A stretch of 64,000 bases of DNA from Candidatus Bilamarchaeaceae archaeon (GTDB lineage: Archaea > Micrarchaeota > Micrarchaeia > Anstonellales > Bilamarchaeaceae), in NCBI GenBank assembly GCA_038851325.1, contig JAWCKZ010000001.1, positions 1-64,000 of the forward strand, in the 5' to 3' direction. Below the pieces are notes generated by a model. The model did not search any database. It was not told the DNA's origin and worked only from the letters and a program-made list of their open reading frames with translations. Position numbers and translations under genes: made by a program. Within the stretch, counting starts at the first letter, position 1. Each line of letters starts with the position of its first letter. Shown piece after piece: positions 30,005-37,883 of the stretch.

Positions 30005-30172
30005 ACCATTTCGTTAAGGTTTAAATACGTAATCCTTAGTAAATAGTAGACACACAAAACGCCTTTCTGCTCTCTGAGCAGGCTAGCGAAGGTGAAAAAC
30101 TGAAAAACTCGATTTAAGTATCAAAAAACGAAGGGAGAGAAACAAGGCAATAATAACATCAAAGGTGATAAA

Positions 30173-30319
30173 TTGAAAAGGTGTATAAGTTGCGGCAGGA
30201 ACGCAAAGAAATTCGTAGAATTTCCTTGTCCAAAATGCGACAGAAAAATAATAAGATGTAATTTTTGCAGGGAAAACAGAGTAAAATATGAATGCGAGTG
30301 TGGATTTACGGGTCCGTGA
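30173..30319 (+). CDS. Small Zn-finger protein of the family found upstream of aEF-1beta (48 aa)
   Basis: Manual translation MKRCISCG…FPCPKC…RCNFCR…YECECGFTGP; TTG start after GGTGA; below the ORF-track cutoff. Confidence 0.9.
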   Translation: MKRCISCGRNAKKFVEFPCPKCDRKIIRCNFCRENRVKYECECGFTGP

Positions 30320-30350
30320 AGGTGATAATGAAATCTTGAGAGGTGTGGAT

Positions 30351-30605
30351 ATGGAGTATAATGTTGCTGCTCAACTTAAGATTTATGTGGATGATCCAAA
30401 GAAAATAGAAGCAGTAAAATCATCTATTGAGAGGCTTGCAAAGATCAATAAGGCATGGGAGGAGGAAGTTGCGTTTGGAATAAAAGTCTTAAAGGTTATT
30501 TTACTTCTGAATGATGCTGCTGGCGGGATGAGCGAACTTGAAGAGAAAGTAAAACGCATCCCGCATGTCAGCGAGATAGAAGTAGAAGAGGTAACACGAA
30601 TATAG
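30351..30605 (+). CDS. ef1b: Elongation factor aEF-1 beta
   Basis: EEVAFGIKVL motif and C-terminal EVEEVTRI; synteny with the Zn-finger gene. Confidence 0.9.
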   Translation: MEYNVAAQLKIYVDDPKKIEAVKSSIERLAKINKAWEEEVAFGIKVLKVILLLNDAAGGMSELEEKVKRIPHVSEIEVEEVTRI

Positions 30606-30615
30606 AGGTGAAGCG

Positions 30616-31212
30616 ATGGCTACAGGAAAAACACCACCTAAAAAGAAGAAACCCAAGGAAGAAAAAGTAGAGGCCAAAAAGGAAGCGCCCGCAACAAAAG
30701 AGAGCGGTCGAGGAATAGTTAGAATAGCTGGAAAAGACTTAAAGGGGCATCTCAAACTGAACCAAGCGCTAATACACATAAAAGGTATAGGCCATACCAT
30801 GAGCGTGGCTGCAGCACGCACGATAGAATCAAAACTTGGAATACCGCCAACCACAAAGGTTGGAGAGCTCACTGATGAACAGATAGAAAACATAGACGAG
30901 ATACTCACGAATCTTCATAAACATGACATCCCGTCCTATCTTTTTAACAGGAGAAAAGATTATCTTACAAATGATAACATTCATGTGATAATGAATGACT
31001 TGCTGTTTGCAACAAACCAAGATATAGATAGAGAAAAGAAAGCATATACGTGGAGAGGATATAGACATGCGTACGGTCAAAAAGTGAGAGGACAGAGAAC
31101 AAGAAACACTGGTAGAAAGGGAATGGCTGTCGGTGTACTGAGAAAAGCTATCCTAGCGCAACAGCAGAAGGCAAAAGAAGAGGAAGGTAAGAAAGGTGCT
31201 GAGAAGAAATAG
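30616..31212 (+). CDS. rps13: 30S ribosomal protein S13
   Basis: IKGIG, WRGYRH, VRGQRTR. Confidence 0.97.
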   Translation: MATGKTPPKKKKPKEEKVEAKKEAPATKESGRGIVRIAGKDLKGHLKLNQALIHIKGIGHTMSVAAARTIESKLGIPPTTKVGELTDEQIENIDEILTNLHKHDIPSYLFNRRKDYLTNDNIHVIMNDLLFATNQDIDREKKAYTWRGYRHAYGQKVRGQRTRNTGRKGMAVGVLRKAILAQQQKAKEEEGKKGAEKK

Positions 31213-31233
31213 AGAGTATGAGCAGGTGAGCGA

Positions 31234-31782
31234 ATGGGGGACCCGCGAAAAATAAGGAATAAATATTCTAGACCTAAAAGGCTTTGGGACGAAGACAGAA
31301 TAAGAGAGGATAAAGAACTCAGAAAGGAGTATGGATTAAAGAACTCCAGCGAGGTATGGAAGGCCGCAGACGAACTGAGAAAGTTCAGAAGGGAAGCGCG
31401 AAGGCTTTTATCTCTCAGTGAGGAGGAAAGAGAAGCAGACGCAAGAAAGATACTGGCAAAACTCACAAGACTTGGAATAATGAAAAAAGGCGGTTCCCTC
31501 GATGACGTTCTCTCGTTATCAGTTAGAGATGTTCTCGAAAGAAGACTACAGACGATGGTGTACAGGAAAGGACTTGCACGTACAATAATTCAATCAAGGC
31601 AGTTGATAACGCATGGATTTATAGCTGTTGGAAGCAGAAGAATAAACATTCCTGGATATATCGTACCTGTTGATGTTGAGGATACCATAAGATATGCTAA
31701 GCCCATAGACCTGAGCGCAGGCATGATCTCTGAAAGAGAAGAGAAAAAAGAGCAAACTGCAGAGGGTGATGTAAGTGGCTGA
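31234..31782 (+). CDS. rps4: 30S ribosomal protein S4
   Basis: MGDP, ERRLQT, RQLITHG. Confidence 0.97.
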   Translation: MGDPRKIRNKYSRPKRLWDEDRIREDKELRKEYGLKNSSEVWKAADELRKFRREARRLLSLSEEEREADARKILAKLTRLGIMKKGGSLDDVLSLSVRDVLERRLQTMVYRKGLARTIIQSRQLITHGFIAVGSRRINIPGYIVPVDVEDTIRYAKPIDLSAGMISEREEKKEQTAEGDVSG

Positions 31783-32224
31783 AAACAAACCTGTAGAAAA
31801 CACGGAAAGAGAAAGACCCCCGGAAAAAATGATTGAAAAGAAAAAGAAGATGGCAGTAATAAATGTTTACTCCTCGAAAAACGATACGATAATAACAGCA
31901 ACTGACCTATCTGGCGCAGAAACACTTGCGTGGGCGAGCGGTGGAATGATGGTAAAGGCGCATCGCGAAGAAGGAAGACCGTATGCTGCCATGCAAGCAG
32001 CCCTAAAAGTTGTCAATTCTTTGAAGGATAAAGGAATAAGCTATGTGAATGTCAGAATAAGAGCCCCTGGCGGGGTTGGCTCGAAAACACCCGGTCAAGG
32101 CGCGCAGGCAGTTGTTAGAACCGTCGCGAGAAACGGTCTTAGAATATTAAAGATAGAGGATGTTACTCCACTTCCAACCGATTCCATGAAAAGAAAGGGT
32201 GGAAGAAGAGGAAGGAGGGTTTAG
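31775..32224 (+). CDS. rps11: 30S ribosomal protein S11
   Basis: PYAAMQAA, IEDVTPLP, GGRRGRRV. Confidence 0.97.
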   Translation: MAENKPVENTERERPPEKMIEKKKKMAVINVYSSKNDTIITATDLSGAETLAWASGGMMVKAHREEGRPYAAMQAALKVVNSLKDKGISYVNVRIRAPGGVGSKTPGQGAQAVVRTVARNGLRILKIEDVTPLPTDSMKRKGGRRGRRV

Positions 32225-32800
32225 ATGAATATTTCCCTTATAAAAAAGCATGAAAACAGAATAGAGTTCAGCGTTAAGGATATCTCGCCATATTTTGCGA
32301 ATTTGATACGGCGTTACGCAATGGCGCGCGTGCCAGTTCTTGCGATTGACAAGATAATTGTGTATGAAAATACAAGCGCGTTTTGGGATGAATATATAGC
32401 GCATCGTATCGGCCTCATGCCTGTAGTTACACCAGAAAAGCTTCCTAAAAATACTGAGATATCGTTTTATTTAGAATTCGAAGGACCTGGCGTTGCTTAC
32501 AGCAAAGATCTCAAGTGCACGGATGCTGATATAAGAATAGCGAAGGATAATATCCCGATAATCACGCTTAACGAAAAACAGAGAATAAAACTAGAGGGAA
32601 AAACAGTGCTCGGGAGGGGAACAAGACATGCAAAATTTCAGGCCGGCCTTGTAAGTTACGGAATAAAGGATACTGGCGAGTACAACTTCTTTGTAGAGAG
32701 TTTTTATCAGATGGAGCCAGCTGAAGTGATTCTTAGAGGTTGCGAAGAAGCTCTTACCGAAATTGAAGAACTTAAGAAAGGATTGAAGGCAAAGGATTGA
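32225..32800 (+). CDS. rpoD: RNA polymerase subunit Rpo3/D
   Basis: ANLIRR, ENTS, DEYIAHRIGL, HAKFQ. Confidence 0.95.
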   Translation: MNISLIKKHENRIEFSVKDISPYFANLIRRYAMARVPVLAIDKIIVYENTSAFWDEYIAHRIGLMPVVTPEKLPKNTEISFYLEFEGPGVAYSKDLKCTDADIRIAKDNIPIITLNEKQRIKLEGKTVLGRGTRHAKFQAGLVSYGIKDTGEYNFFVESFYQMEPAEVILRGCEEALTEIEELKKGLKAKD

Positions 32801-32877
32801 ACCGTTTTTATGAGCGCGACTGTAGTGAGCGATGATTCGTTCATGTGTAATGTTATTAACCTGCAATAACTGCTTAC

Positions 32878-33018
32878 GCAGGGGTGCCGGAGCCTGGACA
32901 GGCGTATCAAAGAGCCCCGGAAAAACGGGTACGGTTGAGGGCCGTATGGCTTAACGATTTCCAATGAAGTTTGGAGTCGGGCTAGGTGCCTGCAAGCGTT
33001 CAAATCGCTTCCCCTGCA
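32878..33018 (+). tRNA. tRNA-Leu(GAG) with D-loop intron (32900-32922) and variable-arm intron (~32954-32985)
   Basis: Acceptor GCAGGGG/CCCCTGC with A73; anticodon arm TACGG-TTGAGGG-CCGTA; T arm AAGCG-TTCAAAT-CGCTT; removing both inserts gives a normal cloverleaf. Confidence 0.9.
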
Positions 33019-33070
33019 CATCTGTTCTATTATTTAAAAATGTTAATGAAATAACATTTACATTTCCAAT

Positions 33071-33320
33071 GGGGAAGTGAGCCAACCTGGTAACGCTGAG
33101 CGCCAGAGTGCTGTCAGCTTTGGGTGAACCTTTTGGCTTAATGTTTTCTTAGGGCAAAAGGTTCCCAAAACCCTAAGGAGAACTCAGGTTCCTCATAGGG
33201 ATTCTCTAAGGGAGGGGATCAGGAGGAGCCTCAAACTGAGGGGAACCGTAGGTTCCCTGCGGTTCGGGCAAAAGGTTCCCAAAACCCTGAGATAAAAAAG
33301 GTGTTATGGATTCGCTTTTT
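33071..33320 (+). ncRNA. Putative structured ncRNA with tRNA-like 5' end (possible split-tRNA half, pseudo-tRNA or novel RNA)
   Basis: TATA-like TTTAAAAA near 33033; GGGGAAG-TG-AGC…CCTGGTA…GCT resembles an acceptor strand and D arm; several strong hairpins; 23-nt direct repeat at 33152-33174 and 33266-33288; ends in TTTTT; no T arm. Confidence 0.55.
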
Positions 33321-33380
33321 GACGAACGAACTATCGATAGTTTTTAAAACAATTCTTTAGGAAGTAGAGCGGTTGGTTTT

Positions 33381-35180
33381 ATGAAATTAACGTTTAGAAT
33401 AGGCGCTCAAGCAGGCGCTGGCGTGATGGTAACAGGCAGAATGCTCGGGAGATGTTTTACGCGAGGAGGGTATAATGTTTTAGCCTATCCGGAGTATCCA
33501 TCTTTAATTCGCGGTGGGCACAATGTCTATCAAGTAATAATAAGCGACGATAGCGCGCTATCTCCAGAGACAAAATGCGATGTCCTTCTCGCGCTGAATA
33601 AGGATGCGATATTTTATCACAAGGATGCGGTAAGGGATAATGGAATTATAATATATGACAAAGCGATAGATGTAAGCCAGTTCAAAATAAAAGACGGAAT
33701 AACGTTAACAGCGCTGCCTATAGCAGAACTGCTCGCAAAAATAGGAGCAAATGTGCTCATGGCAAATGCGCTCCAGATAGGAGCTGCGCTTGCGGCCATT
33801 GATTATCCGCTTGAAGTGTTCGAAGCAGTTCTAAAAGATGAGTTTGAACGAAAGGGCGAAGCGGTTGTAAAACAAAACATCGCAGTTGCGCGTGCAGGAT
33901 ATGAATACATACGTTCAACAGTGCGTGCAAATAAAAGCGTAAAACCGCTTAGTAAAAAGAAAAAGATTTTCCTCACAGGAAACGAAGCGATAGCGCTCGG
34001 TGCAGTCTCGTCCGGAATGAAATTTTATGCGGCCTATCCCATGACACCTGCAAGTAGCATTCTCCATTATCTCTGCGAGAAAGAAAGAGAGTTTGGAATA
34101 ATCGTAAAACAAACAGAGGATGAGATATCGGCTGTTAATGAAGCTGTTGGCGCATCTTTTGCTGGTGTTCGCGCAGCAACAGGAACATCCGGTGGTGGTT
34201 TCGCGCTGAAAACAGAGACTGTAGGTCTAGCAGGAATGTCTGAAACCCCGCTCGTAATTTTTTTAGCACAACGAATAGGACCAAGCACTGGAATGCCCAC
34301 CTGGACAGAGCAGGCAGATCTGCGTTTTGCGCTTCATTCCGGCCAAGGAGATTTCTTGCGCATTCTTCTTGCGCCAGGAGACGTAAATGAGGCATTTGAG
34401 CTAGCCGGAGAAGCGTTTAATCTGGCAGAGAAATACCAACTTCCTGTAATCCTTCTGACAGACAAATTCCTTTCCGAGAGTATTTTTACTACTGAGGGTT
34501 TTAAAGAAATACAGATAGAGCGCGGTAAGATAGTGAAAAATATCCCGAGATTGCCACCTGAAGGTAGATACAAAAGATACGCTATAACTGGAGATGGTGT
34601 TTCACCGAGACCGCTACCTGGGACACCAAACGGTATGCACGTCGCAAGCTCATATGAGCATAACGAAATTGGCTTCAGTACCGAACTATTTTCCGAGAGA
34701 AAAGCACAGGTAGATAAAAGAGCAAAGAAGCTAAAACATATTCTCAGAGATATCCCTCCCCCAAAAACCTATGGAAAAGAGAGCGCGGATGCTACGATTG
34801 TTGCATGGGGTTCTATGAAGATGCCTGCGCTTGCTGCGATTCAACGTTTGAGGGAGAGTGGTAAAGAGGTAAATCTTATCCATTTCTCATATATTTTCCC
34901 CATTGAGAGTAAAGTTGTAAGAAGAATGTTTAAAAAAGCGAATAAAACTATTCTTATAGAAAATAATTCAACTGCGCAGTTTGGCGGCCTGCTTGCTGAA
35001 TATTGCAAATGGAAACCTAATTTTACGATATTGAAATACACAGGAAGGCCGATTTATGCAGAGGAAATTATTGAGGAGGTGAATAAATTGATTGACTCTG
35101 GCTTCAGAGGAAAAAAAGTAGTAAGATTGCTTGACAAGGAAGACCTTGAATACTACAATACACAAAGATATGGTTTGTAA
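33381..35180 (+). CDS. korA: 2-oxoacid:ferredoxin oxidoreductase alpha subunit
   Basis: YPSLIRGGH, GNEAIALG, YPMTP, TSGGGF, GPSTGMPT. Confidence 0.92.
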   Translation: MKLTFRIGAQAGAGVMVTGRMLGRCFTRGGYNVLAYPEYPSLIRGGHNVYQVIISDDSALSPETKCDVLLALNKDAIFYHKDAVRDNGIIIYDKAIDVSQFKIKDGITLTALPIAELLAKIGANVLMANALQIGAALAAIDYPLEVFEAVLKDEFERKGEAVVKQNIAVARAGYEYIRSTVRANKSVKPLSKKKKIFLTGNEAIALGAVSSGMKFYAAYPMTPASSILHYLCEKEREFGIIVKQTEDEISAVNEAVGASFAGVRAATGTSGGGFALKTETVGLAGMSETPLVIFLAQRIGPSTGMPTWTEQADLRFALHSGQGDFLRILLAPGDVNEAFELAGEAFNLAEKYQLPVILLTDKFLSESIFTTEGFKEIQIERGKIVKNIPRLPPEGRYKRYAITGDGVSPRPLPGTPNGMHVASSYEHNEIGFSTELFSERKAQVDKRAKKLKHILRDIPPPKTYGKESADATIVAWGSMKMPALAAIQRLRESGKEVNLIHFSYIFPIESKVVRRMFKKANKTILIENNSTAQFGGLLAEYCKWKPNFTILKYTGRPIYAEEIIEEVNKLIDSGFRGKKVVRLLDKEDLEYYNTQRYGL

Positions 35181-35183
35181 GAG

Positions 35184-36062
35184 ATGATCGCGATGACGGT
35201 AACGATAAATGATTTTAATACAAAGGAAAGGCCGCAATGGTGCCCCGGCTGCGGTAATTATGCGCTTCTTACGGCGCTGAAAGGTGCGCTAGCAGAGCTT
35301 GGCAGACTTCCGCACGAGGTTGTAATAGTAAGCGGGATAGGATGCAGTGGAAAGGTTCCGCATTATTTGAATACCTATGGGTTTGAGGGACTCCATGGGA
35401 GGCCGGTCCCTGTAGCCTCTGCCATAAAGATGGTAAATCCGAGATTAACTGTGATCGCAGAGGGAGGCGACGGAGATGGGTACCAAGAAGGAATACAACA
35501 CTTCCTCCATGTCATGAGGAGAAATCATGATATAACATATATTGTTCATGACAACCAAATCTATGGCTTAACAACAGGGCAAGCATCCTCAACTTCGCTC
35601 CAAGGCATGAAAACGAAGACAACACCGTGGGGCGTAATAGAAATCCCTTTCAATCCCATCCTTGCTGCGATAGACTGCGGCGCGACCTATGTTGCAAGAG
35701 GATTTTCAGGAGAACCACAACATCTTAAAGAGCTAATAAAAGGGGCTATAACACATAAGGGCTTTGCTCTTGTTGATGTTTTCCAGCCGTGCGTAACATT
35801 TAACAAACTGAATACGTATGAGTGGTTCAGGGAACGGATATACAAGCTCGAGGAAACTGGGCACAACCCGAAAGACAAGAAAGCCGCACGTGAGAAGGCG
35901 GAAGAGGATTGTGCAACTGATTACAAAAAAGTACCTATTGGCTTATTCTACAAGGAAGAAAGACCTACTTACGAGGACCAGCTTCCACAGGTGAAGGACA
36001 TGCCGCTTGTGGAGAAGAAGCTGGATGTCGATCTAACAAAAGAGCTGGAAAGACTTTCGTAA
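35184..36062 (+). CDS. korB: 2-oxoacid:ferredoxin oxidoreductase beta subunit
   Basis: WCPGCG, SGIGCS, GGDGD, QPCVTFN. Confidence 0.92.
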   Translation: MIAMTVTINDFNTKERPQWCPGCGNYALLTALKGALAELGRLPHEVVIVSGIGCSGKVPHYLNTYGFEGLHGRPVPVASAIKMVNPRLTVIAEGGDGDGYQEGIQHFLHVMRRNHDITYIVHDNQIYGLTTGQASSTSLQGMKTKTTPWGVIEIPFNPILAAIDCGATYVARGFSGEPQHLKELIKGAITHKGFALVDVFQPCVTFNKLNTYEWFRERIYKLEETGHNPKDKKAAREKAEEDCATDYKKVPIGLFYKEERPTYEDQLPQVKDMPLVEKKLDVDLTKELERLS

Positions 36063-36101
36063 TAAACCCAGAGAAAATGAAAGAATGAAAAAAGAAGAAA
36101 T

Positions 36102-36545
36102 TTACTTCTTCATCGCGCCCGCGATAAGGTGGCCGACCACTGCGATTGCCGCACCGATCACCATCCCCACAACGATGCCGATTATTGACGCGACAACCCC
36201 CAATCCTGCGCTAATGGCGCCTCCTGTAAGGTCACCGCCTGTTGCCACGTTCACCCCAATGCCAAGCATGGTTGCAGCAAGCGAGATTATCATGCCGATA
36301 ATTCCAGAGACAAGAGCGGTAAGCGCGCCCATTACTGCGCTGTCGATTATCTCAAGGCCTCCCTTCGCAATGAGGTAGCCGATATAGGCATACAAAATGA
36401 TGTCAGCGATAAGCAGTGGAACTCCGAGAATGCACATAAGCATATTCAAAATTGGAACCACGCTTATCAACGACGCCAACAGTCCAAGCCCAATAATAAC
36501 CAAGACGGGCAGTTTTGCCAATCCGAACGCTTTTCCTATATTCAT
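36102..36545 (-). CDS. Hypothetical four-TM membrane protein
   Basis: Gly/Ala/Ile-rich TM helices. Confidence 0.7.
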   Translation of the reverse strand: MNIGKAFGLAKLPVLVIIGLGLLASLISVVPILNMLMCILGVPLLIADIILYAYIGYLIAKGGLEIIDSAVMGALTALVSGIIGMIISLAATMLGIGVNVATGGDLTGGAISAGLGVVASIIGIVVGMVIGAAIAVVGHLIAGAMKK

Positions 36546-36683
36546 GATATCACAGAGTAACATCTGCGAAGGTATTTAAAAATCATTCGTCTCCAGAAAA
36601 AAAGTCGTTGTTTGTCGTAATCATTCGGCAAAATCGCTATGTTTTTAAGCACATCCAAGCAATTTCAAGCTCGGGTAATTTTC

Positions 36684-37844
36684 ATGAGAAGAGTCGCAAT
36701 AATAGGAGCAGGAATGACAAAATTTGGGGAACACTGGGAAAAAGGCTTTCGCGATCTGGTCGTAGAGGCAGGAATAAAGGCACTCACAGATGCGGGAATA
36801 GTTGGAGAAAAGGTGGACGCTGGATATGTAGGAACTATGGCTTCTGGAACGCTGATAGGGCAAGAGCATATCGGTGCTCTGCTTGCGGACTACATGGGTC
36901 TTAACCCGATACCAATAACTCGTGTCGAAGGTGCATGCGCTTCTGGTGCTCTTGCACTTCGTCAGGGATTTCTCGCAGTCGCATCCGGAATGCATGATAT
37001 AGTAGTCGTGGGCGGCGTAGAAAAAATGACTGACCTAGGAACCGCTGAGGTAAGCGACGCACTCGGTGGCGCAGGGGACCAAGAGTGGGAGCTTTTCATG
37101 GGGGCTACATTTCCAGGTTTATACGCGCTTATGGCAAGAAGACATATGATAGAGTATGGAACAACATCTGATATGCTGGCTTCTGTGGCGGTAAAAAATC
37201 ACAAACATGGAGCGAAAAATCCATACGCTCAATATCAAGACGAAATAACGATAGAAACTGTGCTCAACTCAAAGATTGTAGCCGATCCGCTTCACGTATT
37301 TGATTGCTCTCCAATAACAGATGGAGCAGCAGGGGTTGTTCTTGCTCCGCTGGAAATAGCTGAAAGTTACACGAAAAAACCAATTGAAATAATAGGAAGC
37401 GCGCACGCAAGCGACACAATAGCGCTCAACAATAGAAAAAGCATAACTGAAATAGCAGCAACGAGGATAGCGGCTGAAAAAGCGTACAGAATGGCCAGAA
37501 TAAAACCAACTGATGTGGACGTCGCGGAGGTCCACGACTGCTTTACAATAGCCGAGATAATGGCAATCGAAGACCTTGGCTTTTTCAAAAAAGGCGAAGG
37601 CGGAAGAGCGTCGCTTGAAGGAAGGACCACTTTCGGCGGCGATGTTGTTATAAACACAAGCGGCGGACTAAAGGCAGCTGGCCACCCTGTCGGCGCTACC
37701 GGTGTGAAACAAGCTGTTGAGATATCATGGCAGCTTCGCGGTGAGGCAGAGGGAAGGCAAGTGAGCGGCGCTGAGATAGGCCTCAGCCAGAATGTTGGCG
37801 GCTCTGGTGCAACCGCTGTTGTGCATATATATAAAAGAGTATGA
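36684..37844 (+). CDS. Archaeal acetyl-CoA acetyltransferase (thiolase)
   Basis: [25 protein letters not shown]. Confidence 0.93.
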   Translation: MRRVAIIGAGMTKFGEHWEKGFRDLVVEAGIKALTDAGIVGEKVDAGYVGTMASGTLIGQEHIGALLADYMGLNPIPITRVEGACASGALALRQGFLAVASGMHDIVVVGGVEKMTDLGTAEVSDALGGAGDQEWELFMGATFPGLYALMARRHMIEYGTTSDMLASVAVKNHKHGAKNPYAQYQDEITIETVLNSKIVADPLHVFDCSPITDGAAGVVLAPLEIAESYTKKPIEIIGSAHASDTIALNNRKSITEIAATRIAAEKAYRMARIKPTDVDVAEVHDCFTIAEIMAIEDLGFFKKGEGGRASLEGRTTFGGDVVINTSGGLKAAGHPVGATGVKQAVEISWQLRGEAEGRQVSGAEIGLSQNVGGSGATAVVHIYKRV

Positions 37845-37883
37845 TATACAAAGCGAACGAGAATGAATAAAGGAGTTGATTGA

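Noticed and set aside
33008..33080. Permuted tRNA using upstream CTTCCCC as partner for GGGGAAG
   Set aside because: CTTCCCC is part of the tRNA-Leu T stem and acceptor strand, and its spacing from the T loop does not fit a second cloverleaf.
33071..33320. SRP RNA, RNase P RNA or tmRNA
   Set aside because: No helix-8 CAGG…GNRA…AGCA motif, no GAGGAAAGTCC-type P4 motif, and no T arm with CCA end.
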